Positions 38,706 to 48,847 of a stretch of 64,000 nucleotides of DNA are shown one piece after another (positions within the stretch are counted from its first letter, which is position 1; every line of letters begins with the position of its first letter). The translations under genes were made by a program, and so were the position numbers. The stretch comes from Dehalococcoidia bacterium (GTDB lineage: Bacteria > Chloroflexota > Dehalococcoidia > Lucifugimonadales > UBA1127): NCBI GenBank assembly GCA_965217675.1, contig OZ244559.1, forward strand, positions 2,756,355-2,820,354, in the 5' to 3' direction. The notes under the pieces are model-generated. The model did no database searches. It was not told where the DNA came from and was given only the letters and a program-made list of their open reading frames with translations.

Positions 38706-40421
38706 GTGGCGGAGCAGGTCCTCTACAGGAAGTGGCGCCCCCAGCGCTTTGCGGACATCCACGGGCAGGACTCCGTGGTGCAGACGCTGCGGCAGGCCGT
38801 CAGCCAAGGGCGCATCGCGCACGCGTACCTCTTCTGCGGCCCTCGGGGCACCGGCAAGACGACCGCCGCGCGGATACTGGCCAAGGCGCTCAACTGCGAG
38901 GGGCTCGACCCCGCGCTTGGGCCCAACGACGGCGACCCGGACAACACCTGCTCATTCTGCATCGACGTGAACGACGGCCGCGCCCTCGACCTCATCGAGA
39001 TGGACGCGGCCAGCCACCGGGGCATCGACGACGTGCGCAGCCTGCAGGAGCGCGTGTTTGGCGCGGGGCCCTCGCGGGGGCGCGCCAAGGTGTACATCAT
39101 CGACGAGGTCCACATGCTCACGGACTTCGCCTTCAATGCGCTGCTCAAGACGTTGGAGGAGCCGGCGCCGTGGGCCTACTTCGTCCTTTGCACAACGGAG
39201 CCGCACAAAGTGCTCGCGACCATCATCTCGCGCTGCCAGCGCTTCGACTTCCGGCGGATCGCCCCGCGCGACGTGCAGGCGCGGCTGCAGACGGTGTGTG
39301 AGGGGGAGGGCTACACCTGTGAGCCAGAGGCCCTCGCGGCCATCGCACGCGCCACCGGCGGGAGCGCGCGCGACGCCCTGAACATCCTGGAGCAGACCGC
39401 CCTCTCCTACGGGAACACCGTCACCCTATCCGGCGTCGAGGAGTTGCTGGGCCTGAGCCACGACCCGCGCGCGCTGGAGCTGGTGCGGCACGTGCTTGCC
39501 GGCGACCTGAAGGAGTCGCTCCGGCTGACCAACGACGCGGCCTCCGGCGGGCTCGAGCCCGGCCCCTTCCACCGGGAGGTCGTCGAGCGGCTGCGCGCCG
39601 TGCTGCTGCAGAAGTCGGGCGTCGGCGTCGTCGAGGAGTCGGCTGACGACCAGGACATCGTGAAGGAGATCGCCGCGGCGGCGGACTGGAACGCGCTGCT
39701 GCGAGCCCTGCGGCTGGTGGGCCGCGCCAACGTGCGCTCGGGCGAGGGGCCCGCGTGGCTGCCGCTCGAGCTGGCGGTGATCGAGGCGGCATCGCCCGTG
39801 GAGGAGCTGGCCCCGACGGCACCCGCCGCCGTGGCGCCGCAACCGCAGCCCCAACCGCAGCCACAGCCGCGACCGCAGCCGAGGCAGCAGCAGCCCGCTC
39901 GCGGCGGCGAGCCCGCGCGACAGCCCGCGCCGGCAGGGCGGTCGCCGTGGGACCAGGCGCCGCGCCGCGACTACGCCCCCGCGCCGGAGGAGGGCGTCCG
40001 CGTGCCGGAGGAGGGCGTCCGCGTGCCGGACCCAAGCCTCCCCATGCCGGAGGGCGCTCGCGCCGTGCAGGAGTCGGAGTGGAACGCTCTGCTTGAACCC
40101 CTCCGTCGGTTCAAGGGAATGAGCTACAATCTGAGGGCTCTCCTTAACGGAGACTGCAAGCAGCGCTACGTCGACGGGGACTCTTTGGTGCTGGTGTTCA
40201 AGAGCGCCGCCAACCGGGGACGGTTCGAACAGGAGTTGGACCACCCGCCCAGCAAGCAGGCCTTTGCGGCGGCCATAACCGGCGCGCTGGGCGGCGAGTT
40301 CAGGCTGCGCCTCGAGACGGGCAATGCCGCTGACCTGCCCAACAATGCCCACGGACACCTCGTTCGGAGCGCCGTGTCGCTGGGCGCCAAGATCATCGAG
40401 GACCAGGAGGAGACGGAATGA
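38706..40421 (+). CDS. dnaX: DNA polymerase III subunit gamma/tau
   Basis: LYRKWRPQRF, GPRGTGKTT, IIDEVHML, FNALLKTLEEP, SRC; P/Q-rich linker. Confidence 0.95.
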   Translation: MAEQVLYRKWRPQRFADIHGQDSVVQTLRQAVSQGRIAHAYLFCGPRGTGKTTAARILAKALNCEGLDPALGPNDGDPDNTCSFCIDVNDGRALDLIEMDAASHRGIDDVRSLQERVFGAGPSRGRAKVYIIDEVHMLTDFAFNALLKTLEEPAPWAYFVLCTTEPHKVLATIISRCQRFDFRRIAPRDVQARLQTVCEGEGYTCEPEALAAIARATGGSARDALNILEQTALSYGNTVTLSGVEELLGLSHDPRALELVRHVLAGDLKESLRLTNDAASGGLEPGPFHREVVERLRAVLLQKSGVGVVEESADDQDIVKEIAAAADWNALLRALRLVGRANVRSGEGPAWLPLELAVIEAASPVEELAPTAPAAVAPQPQPQPQPQPRPQPRQQQPARGGEPARQPAPAGRSPWDQAPRRDYAPAPEEGVRVPEEGVRVPDPSLPMPEGARAVQESEWNALLEPLRRFKGMSYNLRALLNGDCKQRYVDGDSLVLVFKSAANRGRFEQELDHPPSKQAFAAAITGALGGEFRLRLETGNAADLPNNAHGHLVRSAVSLGAKIIEDQEETE

Positions 40422-40723
40422 ACAGGAACATGATGCGCCAGGCGCAGCAATTGCAGCAGCGCTTGGCCAAGATCCAGGAGGAGTTGGAGACGGCGACGGT
40501 TGAGGCGACCGCCGGGGGCGGGATGGTCAAGGCCGTCGTCACCGGCAAGCAGACCGTCGCCTCCATCACCATCGACCCCGAGGCCGTGGACCCGGACGAC
40601 GTGGAGGTGCTTGAGGAGATGGTGATGGCGGCCGTCAACGAGGCGCTGCTGAAATCGCAGGAGCTGGCGTCACAGAAGATGGCTGCCATCACCGGCGGGC
40701 TGAATATCCCCGGGCTTGGGTAG
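40418..40723 (+). CDS. ybaB: Nucleoid-associated protein YbaB/EbfC
   Basis: MMRQAQQLQ, AGGGMVK, DPDDVEVLEEMVMAAVNEA; follows dnaX. Confidence 0.93.
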   Translation: MNRNMMRQAQQLQQRLAKIQEELETATVEATAGGGMVKAVVTGKQTVASITIDPEAVDPDDVEVLEEMVMAAVNEALLKSQELASQKMAAITGGLNIPGLG

Positions 40724-40816
40724 GGCCTTTCTGATTGCGGGTCGTAGCCGGACGGCGGCGGGTGTATGCTATTCCCAACACTCACGATCCGGCGAAGTGC
40801 AGAGGTTGGTTGAGCA

Positions 40817-41194
40817 ATGGAAGAACATAAGGAACGGCTTACATTGGACGTTGACGCTGAGACAAAGCGTCGCGTGAAGGCGGCGGCCTTCGCGAAGGGG
40901 GTGAGCGTCAGTGTGTACTGCCGGGCGGCGATCGACAAGGAGCTTGCTCTCGAGGAGGGGGAGGCCGACGCGGGTCAACGGACGCCGGGCTCCGCCGCTG
41001 CCATGTTTGAGGAGATCCGTGAGAAATACCGGGGCACCCCGGCCGAGCCCGCTCTTGAGATGCTGAGGAAGTACCACAAAAGGCACCCCACCCGCCCGGG
41101 CTCGACCATGACTGCGGTTGACTACATCCGGGAGGGCCGGGAGATTCGAGAGAGGGAGATGGACGGGTGGCTCAAGCCCAAGAATCCCTCATAG
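40817..41194 (+). CDS. Putative antitoxin (ribbon-helix-helix-like N-terminus)
   Basis: RLTLDV...KRRVKAAAF.KGVSVS; C-terminal YIREGRE; overlaps the PIN gene. Confidence 0.7.
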   Translation: MEEHKERLTLDVDAETKRRVKAAAFAKGVSVSVYCRAAIDKELALEEGEADAGQRTPGSAAAMFEEIREKYRGTPAEPALEMLRKYHKRHPTRPGSTMTAVDYIREGREIREREMDGWLKPKNPS

Positions 41195-41628
41195 TTGTAG
41201 ACGCCAGCATCGTGTTCAAGTGGTTTGTAGCGGAAGAGGACTCTGACAAGGCTGTCGCAATGCTCGGAACCTGGCTCAGCCAAAGGGTGAGGCTCGTGGC
41301 GCCGTATTTCATGGTTGCTGAAGTTTCCAACGCTCTTCATCGCCGAGTCATGCGGGGGGAGTTGAGCGCAGCAGCGGCGGAGGACAGCATCGAAGGTCTG
41401 CAATCGGTAGATCTGGCAATCGAGCTGCACGCTGATCCCTACCTCCATCGGCGGGCACTCCAAATTGCCAGAAATCTGCGCCAGTCCGCAGTCTACGACT
41501 GTATCTACCTTGCCCTTGCGGAGGGCTTGAATGGCGAACTGTGGACCGCCGACGAGCGGTTCTATCGCGCGGCAAGCCTCCAATTCAGCAATGTTCGCTG
41601 GCTCCGCGAAGCCGACGTTCCCAGTTAA
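41167..41628 (+). CDS. vapC: PIN-domain VapC toxin
   Basis: VVDASIVFKW, EVSN, YDCIYLALA, LWTAD acidic tetrad; start uncertain. Confidence 0.88.
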   Translation: MAQAQESLIVVDASIVFKWFVAEEDSDKAVAMLGTWLSQRVRLVAPYFMVAEVSNALHRRVMRGELSAAAAEDSIEGLQSVDLAIELHADPYLHRRALQIARNLRQSAVYDCIYLALAEGLNGELWTADERFYRAASLQFSNVRWLREADVPS

Positions 41629-41662
41629 CTGAGGCGCCAAAAACACACATGCAGGACATCCC

Positions 41663-42304
41663 ATGACCAGCAGCGGCAACAACAACGGTCTTCCGGCGGC
41701 GGCGCCCGTGGTGCGGCTGGTGGATGAGCTGCACAAGCTCCCCGGCATCGGGGCGAAGAACGCACAGCGGCTCACCTACCACCTCGTGCGGATGCCTGCG
41801 CGGGAGGCCCGGGCGCTCGCCGAGGCCATCCTGGCGGTTAAAGAGCTTGTGAGCCTCTGCGTCTCCTGCCAGAACATCACGGACCAGAACCCGTGCCCCC
41901 TCTGCGCCAACCCCAATCGCGACCGCACCATCATCTGCGTGGTGGAGGAGCCCCTGGACGTGTTGGCCGTCGAGCGGTCAAACGCCTACCGCGGGCTGTA
42001 CCATGTGCTCCACGGCGCCGTCTCGCCGATGAGTGGCATCGGGCCGGACGAGCTCAAGATGGCGGAGCTGATCGACCGGCTCAAGGCGAGCGCCAACTCG
42101 AGCGAGCCGATTCGCGAGGTCATCCTCGCCACCAACTCCAACATGGCGGGAGAGGCGACTTCGATGTACCTGTTCCGGCTGCTGGACCCCCTGGGCGTTC
42201 GCGTCACCCGCCTCGCGCGGGGGCTGCCCACAGGCGCCGAGCTGGAGTATGCTGACGAGACCACCATCAGCCGGGCCTTTGAGGGCCGGCAGGACTTCTT
42301 CTAG
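41663..42304 (+). CDS. recR: Recombination mediator RecR
   Basis: LPGIGAKNAQRL, C4 zinc finger, ICVVEE, YHVLHG, LEYADE. Confidence 0.95.
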   Translation: MTSSGNNNGLPAAAPVVRLVDELHKLPGIGAKNAQRLTYHLVRMPAREARALAEAILAVKELVSLCVSCQNITDQNPCPLCANPNRDRTIICVVEEPLDVLAVERSNAYRGLYHVLHGAVSPMSGIGPDELKMAELIDRLKASANSSEPIREVILATNSNMAGEATSMYLFRLLDPLGVRVTRLARGLPTGAELEYADETTISRAFEGRQDFF

Positions 42305-42424
42305 CGGCGAGGCAGATGGAGTCCGTCATCGAGGATGCGCGAAACCCGATAGTCCGCACTTCGCCAACCATGGGACGCACAATGGTCTCCTTTCCCAATG
42401 CAGAGTTTTGGCCAGGAGGCGGCC

Positions 42425-43201
42425 ATGAGATTCGACGGTAAAGTGGCCATCATCACCGGGGCCGGCGGCGGCATCGGCGTTGCGACCGCTCGCATCATGG
42501 TCGGGGAGGGTGCACGGCTCGCCGCGGTCGACATCGACGGGGCGCTGCTGGAGTCGCTCATGGGCGAGCTGTCCGGCATGGCCGGCGAGGTCGTCCCCTA
42601 CGTCAGCGACGCCCTCGACCCCGAGCAGGTGAGCGCCACCGTGGAGGACGTCGTCAGCCGCTGGGGCCGTGTCGACATCCTGGTGAACACCGTCGGCGGC
42701 ACCGCGGGCGCGCCCAACTCCAGGGCCCGCGTTGAGGACGTGACGGTGGATGAATGGCAGAAGGTGCTGGACTTCAATCTTCGCGGCACCTTCCTCTACT
42801 GCCAGGCGGTGCTACCGCACATGAAGCAAAAGCAGTCCGGCAAAATCGTGAATCTCTCCTCTCAGGTGCGCTACGGCAAGGCCGAAATCGTCGCGTCGTA
42901 CGTGGCGTCGAAGGCGGGCGTTGTCGGCCTGACGAACCGCATCGCGCACGAGGCGGGGTTCTACGGCGTCAACGCCAACACCGTCGCGCCGGGGCTGACG
43001 CTGACGCCGCGCGTGGCCGCCGCCCGCTGGGACACACTCACGCAGGAGGAGCGCGCGCAGTACTCGGAGCGCATCCCGCTGCGCCGCGTCGCCATGCCCG
43101 AGGACCAGGCGAGAGCCATCGCGTTCCTCGCGTCCTCGGACGCCGACTACATCACAGCACAGGTGCTGGAGGTGGGCGGCGGCGAGTTCTCGACGCTGTA
43201 G
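42425..43201 (+). CDS. Short-chain dehydrogenase/reductase
   Basis: TGAGGGIG, YVASK, VAPG. Confidence 0.9.
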   Translation: MRFDGKVAIITGAGGGIGVATARIMVGEGARLAAVDIDGALLESLMGELSGMAGEVVPYVSDALDPEQVSATVEDVVSRWGRVDILVNTVGGTAGAPNSRARVEDVTVDEWQKVLDFNLRGTFLYCQAVLPHMKQKQSGKIVNLSSQVRYGKAEIVASYVASKAGVVGLTNRIAHEAGFYGVNANTVAPGLTLTPRVAAARWDTLTQEERAQYSERIPLRRVAMPEDQARAIAFLASSDADYITAQVLEVGGGEFSTL

Positions 43202-43216
43202 GGCGGCGTTGCAACC

Positions 43217-44029
43217 GTGACCTCTTCATACGAGAAGCCCCGCAGCTTCAAGACCGAGGGCATCGTCCTGCGCCAGACCTCCTCGGGCGAGGCCGACCGG
43301 ATGCTCACCGTCTACACCCGCGACTTCGGGACGCTGCGGCTGGTCGCGCGGGGGCTGCGCCGCCCAAACAGCCGACTCGCGGGGCACCTAGAGCCGCTGG
43401 TGCACGCCTCGCTGCAGCTCGCGCGGGGGCGCGGGCCGGACATCGTCACCGGCGCCGACACCCTCCACGGCCACACGGCGCTCCGCAACAGCCTCGAGGG
43501 CATCGCGCGGGGGCTCGTGTGCGCCGAGCTCGTGGAGGCGTTCGCGCCGGAGGAGCAGGCTAACTCGGAGCTCTTCCACCTGCTGCTCCACGCCATCGCC
43601 ATGCTCAACGAGGGCGAAGAAGACCGGCTGCTGTGGCACTTTGCCTTTCACGTGCTGCGGCTCACGGGCTACATGCCGGAGCTGCAACAGTGCGTCGTCT
43701 GCGGCGCGCAGGTGCAGCCGGAACAGCACCTCTTCACGCCGGGCCTCGGCGGCGTCGTGTGCCTCAAGTGCGCTCGCGGCGGCGACCCCGGCGGTCCGCA
43801 GGAACGCGCGGGGTCGCCGCTGCTCCCGCTCTCGGTGAACGCGCTCAAGGTGCTGCGCTTCTTCCGCGACCACCCGTACGAGGACGTGCGCGGCCTTCGC
43901 ATCGACGGCGCGCTGATGCGGGAGCTGGAGCGCGTCGAGGGTGGCTACATCCGCTACCTGCTGGAGCGCGAGGTGCACAGCGCGGAGTTCCTCAACCGGC
44001 TGAGCCGCTTGCTGCCCGCGCGGGGCTAG
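43217..44029 (+). CDS. recO: DNA repair protein RecO
   Basis: TEGIVLR..GEADR, ARGLRRPNSRL, CxxC...CxxC zinc finger. Confidence 0.92.
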   Translation: MTSSYEKPRSFKTEGIVLRQTSSGEADRMLTVYTRDFGTLRLVARGLRRPNSRLAGHLEPLVHASLQLARGRGPDIVTGADTLHGHTALRNSLEGIARGLVCAELVEAFAPEEQANSELFHLLLHAIAMLNEGEEDRLLWHFAFHVLRLTGYMPELQQCVVCGAQVQPEQHLFTPGLGGVVCLKCARGGDPGGPQERAGSPLLPLSVNALKVLRFFRDHPYEDVRGLRIDGALMRELERVEGGYIRYLLEREVHSAEFLNRLSRLLPARG

Positions 44030-44568
44030 CGCTGACCTTGAAATCGGCCGCTGTATCGGTCCTGGGCTGGTAGGCCAAGGTGTTCCACAATGAGTTGGGC
44101 AATCCTCATCCCCGCCTGTAGTTGTATGGGAAACGGTCCGATGTTGTTCATCTCCAGAACCAAACGCCCGCTAAATCCCGCCAACACTGTTGGCGCCGTG
44201 ACGTGCACGGAGAGCCCAAGACGCGCAAGTGAGCTCTTTCCCTCAATGCGGGCGGCAAGGTGGTCGGGCAGCGTGATGAATTCCAGCGTTTGCCCGATGA
44301 TCAACCGGCCCTGCGGCATCTCGTAGGCGCCATCGCTGCTGAGGAAGTGAAAATATCCGCGGGGCTGCAGGAACGCCATAACGTCCCGGCCATGGAGCGC
44401 GAAGTCAAACACCTGACCCTCTGGTGAATCGGGCAGAACCAGGAGACGATCATCAAGCAGAAGATCAACCGACGAACTGTCAAAGCGGTTCTCGTCATCA
44501 ATGGGGGGATCGAATACGAGGCGATCGGCGCGAATCTCCGCAAGGATTTCTACATTTGAGAGGACCAC
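44026..44568 (-). CDS. dcd: dCTP deaminase (trimeric dUTPase fold)
   Basis: LSN.EI, SSVDL, TLE, EGKSSLARLGL, GFSG.LVLE, RIAQL, YSGRFQGQ. Confidence 0.85.
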   Translation of the reverse strand: MVLSNVEILAEIRADRLVFDPPIDDENRFDSSSVDLLLDDRLLVLPDSPEGQVFDFALHGRDVMAFLQPRGYFHFLSSDGAYEMPQGRLIIGQTLEFITLPDHLAARIEGKSSLARLGLSVHVTAPTVLAGFSGRLVLEMNNIGPFPIQLQAGMRIAQLIVEHLGLPAQDRYSGRFQGQR

Positions 44569-44571
44569 GCG

Positions 44572-44922
44572 CTACTTACCCGCGTAGAACGAGGACTCAG
44601 TGATCCGGGCCAAGTCCTCATAAGCAGCCTTGAAGCTGGACGTGTCGAAGTTGGTGGGGGGAAACCGCACCAGGATCTTGTCCCCCTGCTCCCCCACCAA
44701 AGCGGCCGCCACGGTGCGGGTCCCCTCGTCCACGACATGGTAGGGCACAACGAAGTCTTCCGTCTTTTCACCCACGCAGAGGGACACCGTAACCTCAGAG
44801 AAGAAGTCGGACTTCCTCAGTCCTTCATACCGCAGTCTGGCGACCACCGGCCGCTTGTAGCGGCGAAACGGTTCCGGCTCCTGGTACAATTCTCCGCGGA
44901 GCAGCGTCGAGGATTCCGTCAT
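44572..44922 (-). CDS. Hypothetical protein co-transcribed with dcd
   Basis: 116 aa, 3-nt gap to dcd, no motif recognised. Confidence 0.65.
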   Translation of the reverse strand: MTESSTLLRGELYQEPEPFRRYKRPVVARLRYEGLRKSDFFSEVTVSLCVGEKTEDFVVPYHVVDEGTRTVAAALVGEQGDKILVRFPPTNFDTSSFKAAYEDLARITESSFYAGK

Positions 44923-45061
44923 GGCGTTCCCTTTTCAGCAATTTTAGGGGAATTGCGGGGTGTGTTACATATGAAGCGATTGTATCACAAGACAATCAAT
45001 GTGCCACTTCCCGCTCCGCGGCGGTGTACAATACCGCCGCCAACCCCATCGGAGGGCGCGT

Positions 45062-46222
45062 ATGGACTTTCAGACCCCTGAGCATTGGGACAGCATCCGC
45101 GCGGGCGTCCGCGCTGTGTGCGAGCGCTATGGCGGCGACTACTGGCGCGGGCTCGACCGGGAGCGGGCCTTTCCGGAGGAGTTCGTCCGGGAGCTCAGCG
45201 GCGCGGGGTGGCTCGCCACGATGATTCCCACCGAGTACGGCGGCGGCGGCATGGGCCTCGCGGAGACGAGCATCGTGCTGGAGGAGGTCAACCGCAGCGG
45301 CGCCAACGCGGGGACCGCCCACGCGCAGGTCTACATGATGGGCGTCCTGCTCCGACATGCGAGCGACGCCCTCAAGCGCGAGTACCTGCCCCGCGTCGCG
45401 GCGGGCGAGCTGCGGCTGCAGTCCTTCGCGGTGACGGAACCGGAGGCCGGCTCGGACACGACGCGCATCCGGACCACCGCCGAGCGGCGCGGCGACACCT
45501 ACGTCATCAACGGGGAAAAGATCTTCATCTCCCGCGTATTGCAGTCGGACCTCATGCTGGTGCTCGCTCGCACCACGCCGCTGGAGGAGCTCGAGGACCG
45601 TACGCGCGGGCTCTCGCTCTTCCTCGTCGACCTGCGCACGATGGGGGACAGCGTCGACGTGCGCCCGCTGCGCGTGATGATGAACAACCACACCAACGCC
45701 GTCACGTTCCGCAACCTGGAGGTGCCCGCGGACCACATGGTGGGCGAGGAGGGCAACGGCTTCCGCTGCGTCATCGACTCCTGGAACGCCGAGCGCATCC
45801 TCATCGCCGCCGAGTGCATCGGCGACGGACGCTGGTTCATCGAACGGGCGGTGGCCCGCGCCAAGGAGCGGGTCGTGTTTGACCGGCCCATCGGCGCGAA
45901 CCAGGGGGTGCAGCTGCCCATCGCCGCCGCCTACGCGCACGTCGAGGCCGCCGACCTGGTGCGCCACAAGGCCGCCGCCAAGTTCGACGCGGGGGAGCCC
46001 TGCGGCCCGGAGGCCAACATGGCGAAGCTGCTGGCGTCGCAGGCGTCGTGGGAGGCGGCCAACGTCTGCGTGGACACACACGGCGGCTACGGCTTCCTCG
46101 ACGAGTACGACGTCGAGCGGAAGTTCCGGGAGACGCGGCTGTACACCGTCGCGCCCATCAACAACAACCTTGTGCTCGCGTACTTGGGGCAGCGTGTGCT
46201 GGGGCTGCCGCGGTCGTACTAG
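45062..46222 (+). CDS. Acyl-CoA dehydrogenase family protein
   Basis: IPTEYGGGG, VTEPEAGSD, INGEKIFI, NAER, FDRPIG, THGGYG. Confidence 0.93.
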   Translation: MDFQTPEHWDSIRAGVRAVCERYGGDYWRGLDRERAFPEEFVRELSGAGWLATMIPTEYGGGGMGLAETSIVLEEVNRSGANAGTAHAQVYMMGVLLRHASDALKREYLPRVAAGELRLQSFAVTEPEAGSDTTRIRTTAERRGDTYVINGEKIFISRVLQSDLMLVLARTTPLEELEDRTRGLSLFLVDLRTMGDSVDVRPLRVMMNNHTNAVTFRNLEVPADHMVGEEGNGFRCVIDSWNAERILIAAECIGDGRWFIERAVARAKERVVFDRPIGANQGVQLPIAAAYAHVEAADLVRHKAAAKFDAGEPCGPEANMAKLLASQASWEAANVCVDTHGGYGFLDEYDVERKFRETRLYTVAPINNNLVLAYLGQRVLGLPRSY

Positions 46223-46328
46223 GGGACCGGCGTCGGGTGCATTGGATATCTCAGTATGGTATAAAGTCTGGGATTGCGACGTACGGTAGCGCGATCAATT
46301 GGCCTAGAAACAAAAGAAGGTGATTGAC

Positions 46329-46517
46329 ATGACCACTGGATCCTCAGAACCTCGCGCAAGGCGCATGCTGGTTATCCGAAGTGATGGCCAAGAGTTTGAA
46401 GCGGTAAACGAGGGCGAAACTCACGAGTCATTGATGGAAAAGTTTTCTTCGGACAAGTTCGAGTCCGGGATAGTCTCGTCACCGGACGGTGACTACTGGC
46501 TCGTGAAGGAGCGGTAA
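46329..46517 (+). CDS. Small hypothetical protein
   Basis: Open frame in a lower-GC patch with AGAAGG RBS. Confidence 0.5.
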   Translation: MTTGSSEPRARRMLVIRSDGQEFEAVNEGETHESLMEKFSSDKFESGIVSSPDGDYWLVKER

Positions 46518-46613
46518 GACTCCATAGGCGAAGTCCTTGCTCAGCGCCGTCTTCCGTTGCCATTGAGCAGCTGAAGACGGCGGGCGTGACGTGTGCGAAG
46601 TCAGCCGATTTCC

Positions 46614-48209
46614 CTACCGCGCCAGTGCCGTGAGGAACCGGATGACCACGAGCGCCTCGATGCCGGCGAGGAGGGTCAGCGCTAGGACGTAGGGGACTAC
46701 GAGGCGGAAGATGCCTCGCACCTCGCCGCCTAGGCCCGCGACTGTCGCGCCTACTACCACCTTGGCGGGGGACATCGAGCTGCCCACGGAGCCGCCGATG
46801 GACTGCATGCTCGCTATCGTCACCGAGCCGATGCCCAGCGCCCGCGCCGTCTCGACCTGCAGCAGCCCGAACATGACGTTGGAGTTGGTGTTGCTGCCGC
46901 TCATGAACGCGCCCAGCAGTCCGATGAAGGGGGACGTCAGCGGGAAGAGCGGGCCGGCCACCCTCGCGATGCCCTGTGCCAGCAGCACCGTCATCCCCGT
47001 GTCGGCCATCACGACGGCCATCGCAACCATGGCGAGGACGCTCAGCGTCGTGGCGCCGCACTGGCTGTAGGTGAATTTCACCGCGCCCGAAACGAGGCCC
47101 GCGCGCCATCGCTTGGTGAGCACGTACACCGCCGCGCTCACCGCCGTCGCGATGAGGATGAGCGGCGCGGGGTGTGCCAGCAGTCGTATGGCGGCGTAGT
47201 CGTTGGCCGGGGCGACGGTGAACCCCTGTCCCGTCGTGAAGCCGGGGAAGTCGAGGGCGAGCCGCAGGCCGCTGACGGCCTCCTTCACGGGCCCCACCTG
47301 CGCGCCAAAGCTGAGGGCAATCAGCACGAAGTAGGGCATGAAGGCCAGCGCCGGGGGCATCGTCGCCCTGTCGCCGGGTGCGGCGTCGGGTAGCGTCGGC
47401 GTGTCGGACCTGCGCGCGCCCACGAGCAGCGGCGTACGCGTCAGGACCACGAGCGCGGCGGTCCCGAGCATGCCCGCGCCCAGCGACGCGACCTGTGGCG
47501 CGCCAACCAGCGCGAGCCCATACATCGCGCCGCCCATGATGCCCCCAGCGACGATGACCAGCGGCAGGCTGCGCAACACCGCTCGCAGGCCGCCCTGGAT
47601 GTGCGCGACGAGCGCCCCGCTGGCGATGGTCACTGGCAGGAAGAGCAGCGCCATGTGCGGCGCGATCACCGCCTCGTCGATGCCCGTCACAAGCTGGAGG
47701 GTGTAGTAGGAGGACCCCAGCGACCCGAAGGTGACGGCCCAGCCGTGGCCCACCAGCGACATCGCGGCGGCGCGGATTGGCGGGACGCCCAGCATGACGA
47801 GCAGCGGCGCGGAGACCGCCACCGGCACCCCGAAGCCGGTCACGCCCTGTATCGTGCTGGAGAACCCCCACCCGATGATAAGCGCCTGCGCCAGTTGGTC
47901 GTTGGAGAGCGCGGCCATGTGGCGGCCGATGGCGTCGATGGCGCCGAGGCGGTCGAGGATGTTGTAGAGGAAGACGGCGGCCCAGACGATGGAGAGCACG
48001 AAGACGGTGAGGTTCGCGCCCTTGGCGGCCGCGATGCCGACGTGCCCCCACTCGGCGCCGAAGGCCAACAGCGCGAGGGCGACGGCGAGGGCGCACGCGG
48101 CGGCGGCCTGCTCGGCGGGGCGGTTCAGCCACAGCATCGCCCCCGCGAGCACGACAAGCGGCGACGCGGCTAAGAGCCAGTTAATGAGGGTGAGGTCAGG
48201 GCCCGTCAT
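46614..48209 (-). CDS. L-lactate/glycolate permease (LctP family)
   Basis: GVTGFGVPVA, VTFGSLG, GAFMSGSNTNSNVMFG.LQ; many TM helices. Confidence 0.88.
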   Translation of the reverse strand: MTGPDLTLINWLLAASPLVVLAGAMLWLNRPAEQAAAACALAVALALLAFGAEWGHVGIAAAKGANLTVFVLSIVWAAVFLYNILDRLGAIDAIGRHMAALSNDQLAQALIIGWGFSSTIQGVTGFGVPVAVSAPLLVMLGVPPIRAAAMSLVGHGWAVTFGSLGSSYYTLQLVTGIDEAVIAPHMALLFLPVTIASGALVAHIQGGLRAVLRSLPLVIVAGGIMGGAMYGLALVGAPQVASLGAGMLGTAALVVLTRTPLLVGARRSDTPTLPDAAPGDRATMPPALAFMPYFVLIALSFGAQVGPVKEAVSGLRLALDFPGFTTGQGFTVAPANDYAAIRLLAHPAPLILIATAVSAAVYVLTKRWRAGLVSGAVKFTYSQCGATTLSVLAMVAMAVVMADTGMTVLLAQGIARVAGPLFPLTSPFIGLLGAFMSGSNTNSNVMFGLLQVETARALGIGSVTIASMQSIGGSVGSSMSPAKVVVGATVAGLGGEVRGIFRLVVPYVLALTLLAGIEALVVIRFLTALAR

Positions 48210-48215
48210 GGGGTG

Positions 48216-48704
48216 TTAGTGTAGGACGTTTGGGTGGACGATGTACTCGGTAGTTGGAGGAATCGCCTTTACACGCGGTTGGAGAAGGGTCGGGAAGAGG
48301 TTGGCTTGTTCCACCGCATCCATGGGAATCCACTGGAACACCGTTCCCGGCTCGCTCCCTTCAAAGGAGCCGTCCCGGTCGAGGACCGGTGAGCCGGGGG
48401 CGAACTCGATCAGGAAGTAGAGTGCAAGCTCCTGGTACCGGATTCCATCGAGCTCAAACATGTTGTCTGTGACGAGAAGGAGACGGCCTATCGTCGCCTC
48501 CTCGCCAAGCTCCTCGCGGACCTCCCTCGCCAGCGCCTGCATGGCGTTCTCGCCGAATTCCACTCGACCGCCGGGGACGAAACAGAAGCGGTGCTCGGAG
48601 TCGTGCTCGACGAGCAGGCGCTCGTTGTGCACGGCGATGGCGCCGACACGGTACATGAACGTGAGGGCGCCGTTTGAGGTCATAATCATTTCGTGCGTTG
48701 TCAT
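48216..48704 (-). CDS. NUDIX hydrolase
   Basis: PGGRVEFGENAMQALAREVREELG Nudix box. Confidence 0.92.
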   Translation of the reverse strand: MTTHEMIMTSNGALTFMYRVGAIAVHNERLLVEHDSEHRFCFVPGGRVEFGENAMQALAREVREELGEEATIGRLLLVTDNMFELDGIRYQELALYFLIEFAPGSPVLDRDGSFEGSEPGTVFQWIPMDAVEQANLFPTLLQPRVKAIPPTTEYIVHPNVLH

Positions 48705-48847
48705 GGTTGTGTGCTCGCGCTCCTTTGGCGAATACGTTCACCCTTGCCTGTGTGACAGAATCCAGGTGAGCGACAGGACCGAGGCCCGTCATGGGATCCT
48801 AGCATAGGGCTGTGTCCTGGTTATGCCGCTTTCACGAGTAGGTTCTC

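Noticed and set aside
39830-40030. PQ repeats and a 21-bp duplication in dnaX as a recoding signal
   Set aside because: In-frame low-complexity linker typical of tau; no slippery A-run is visible.
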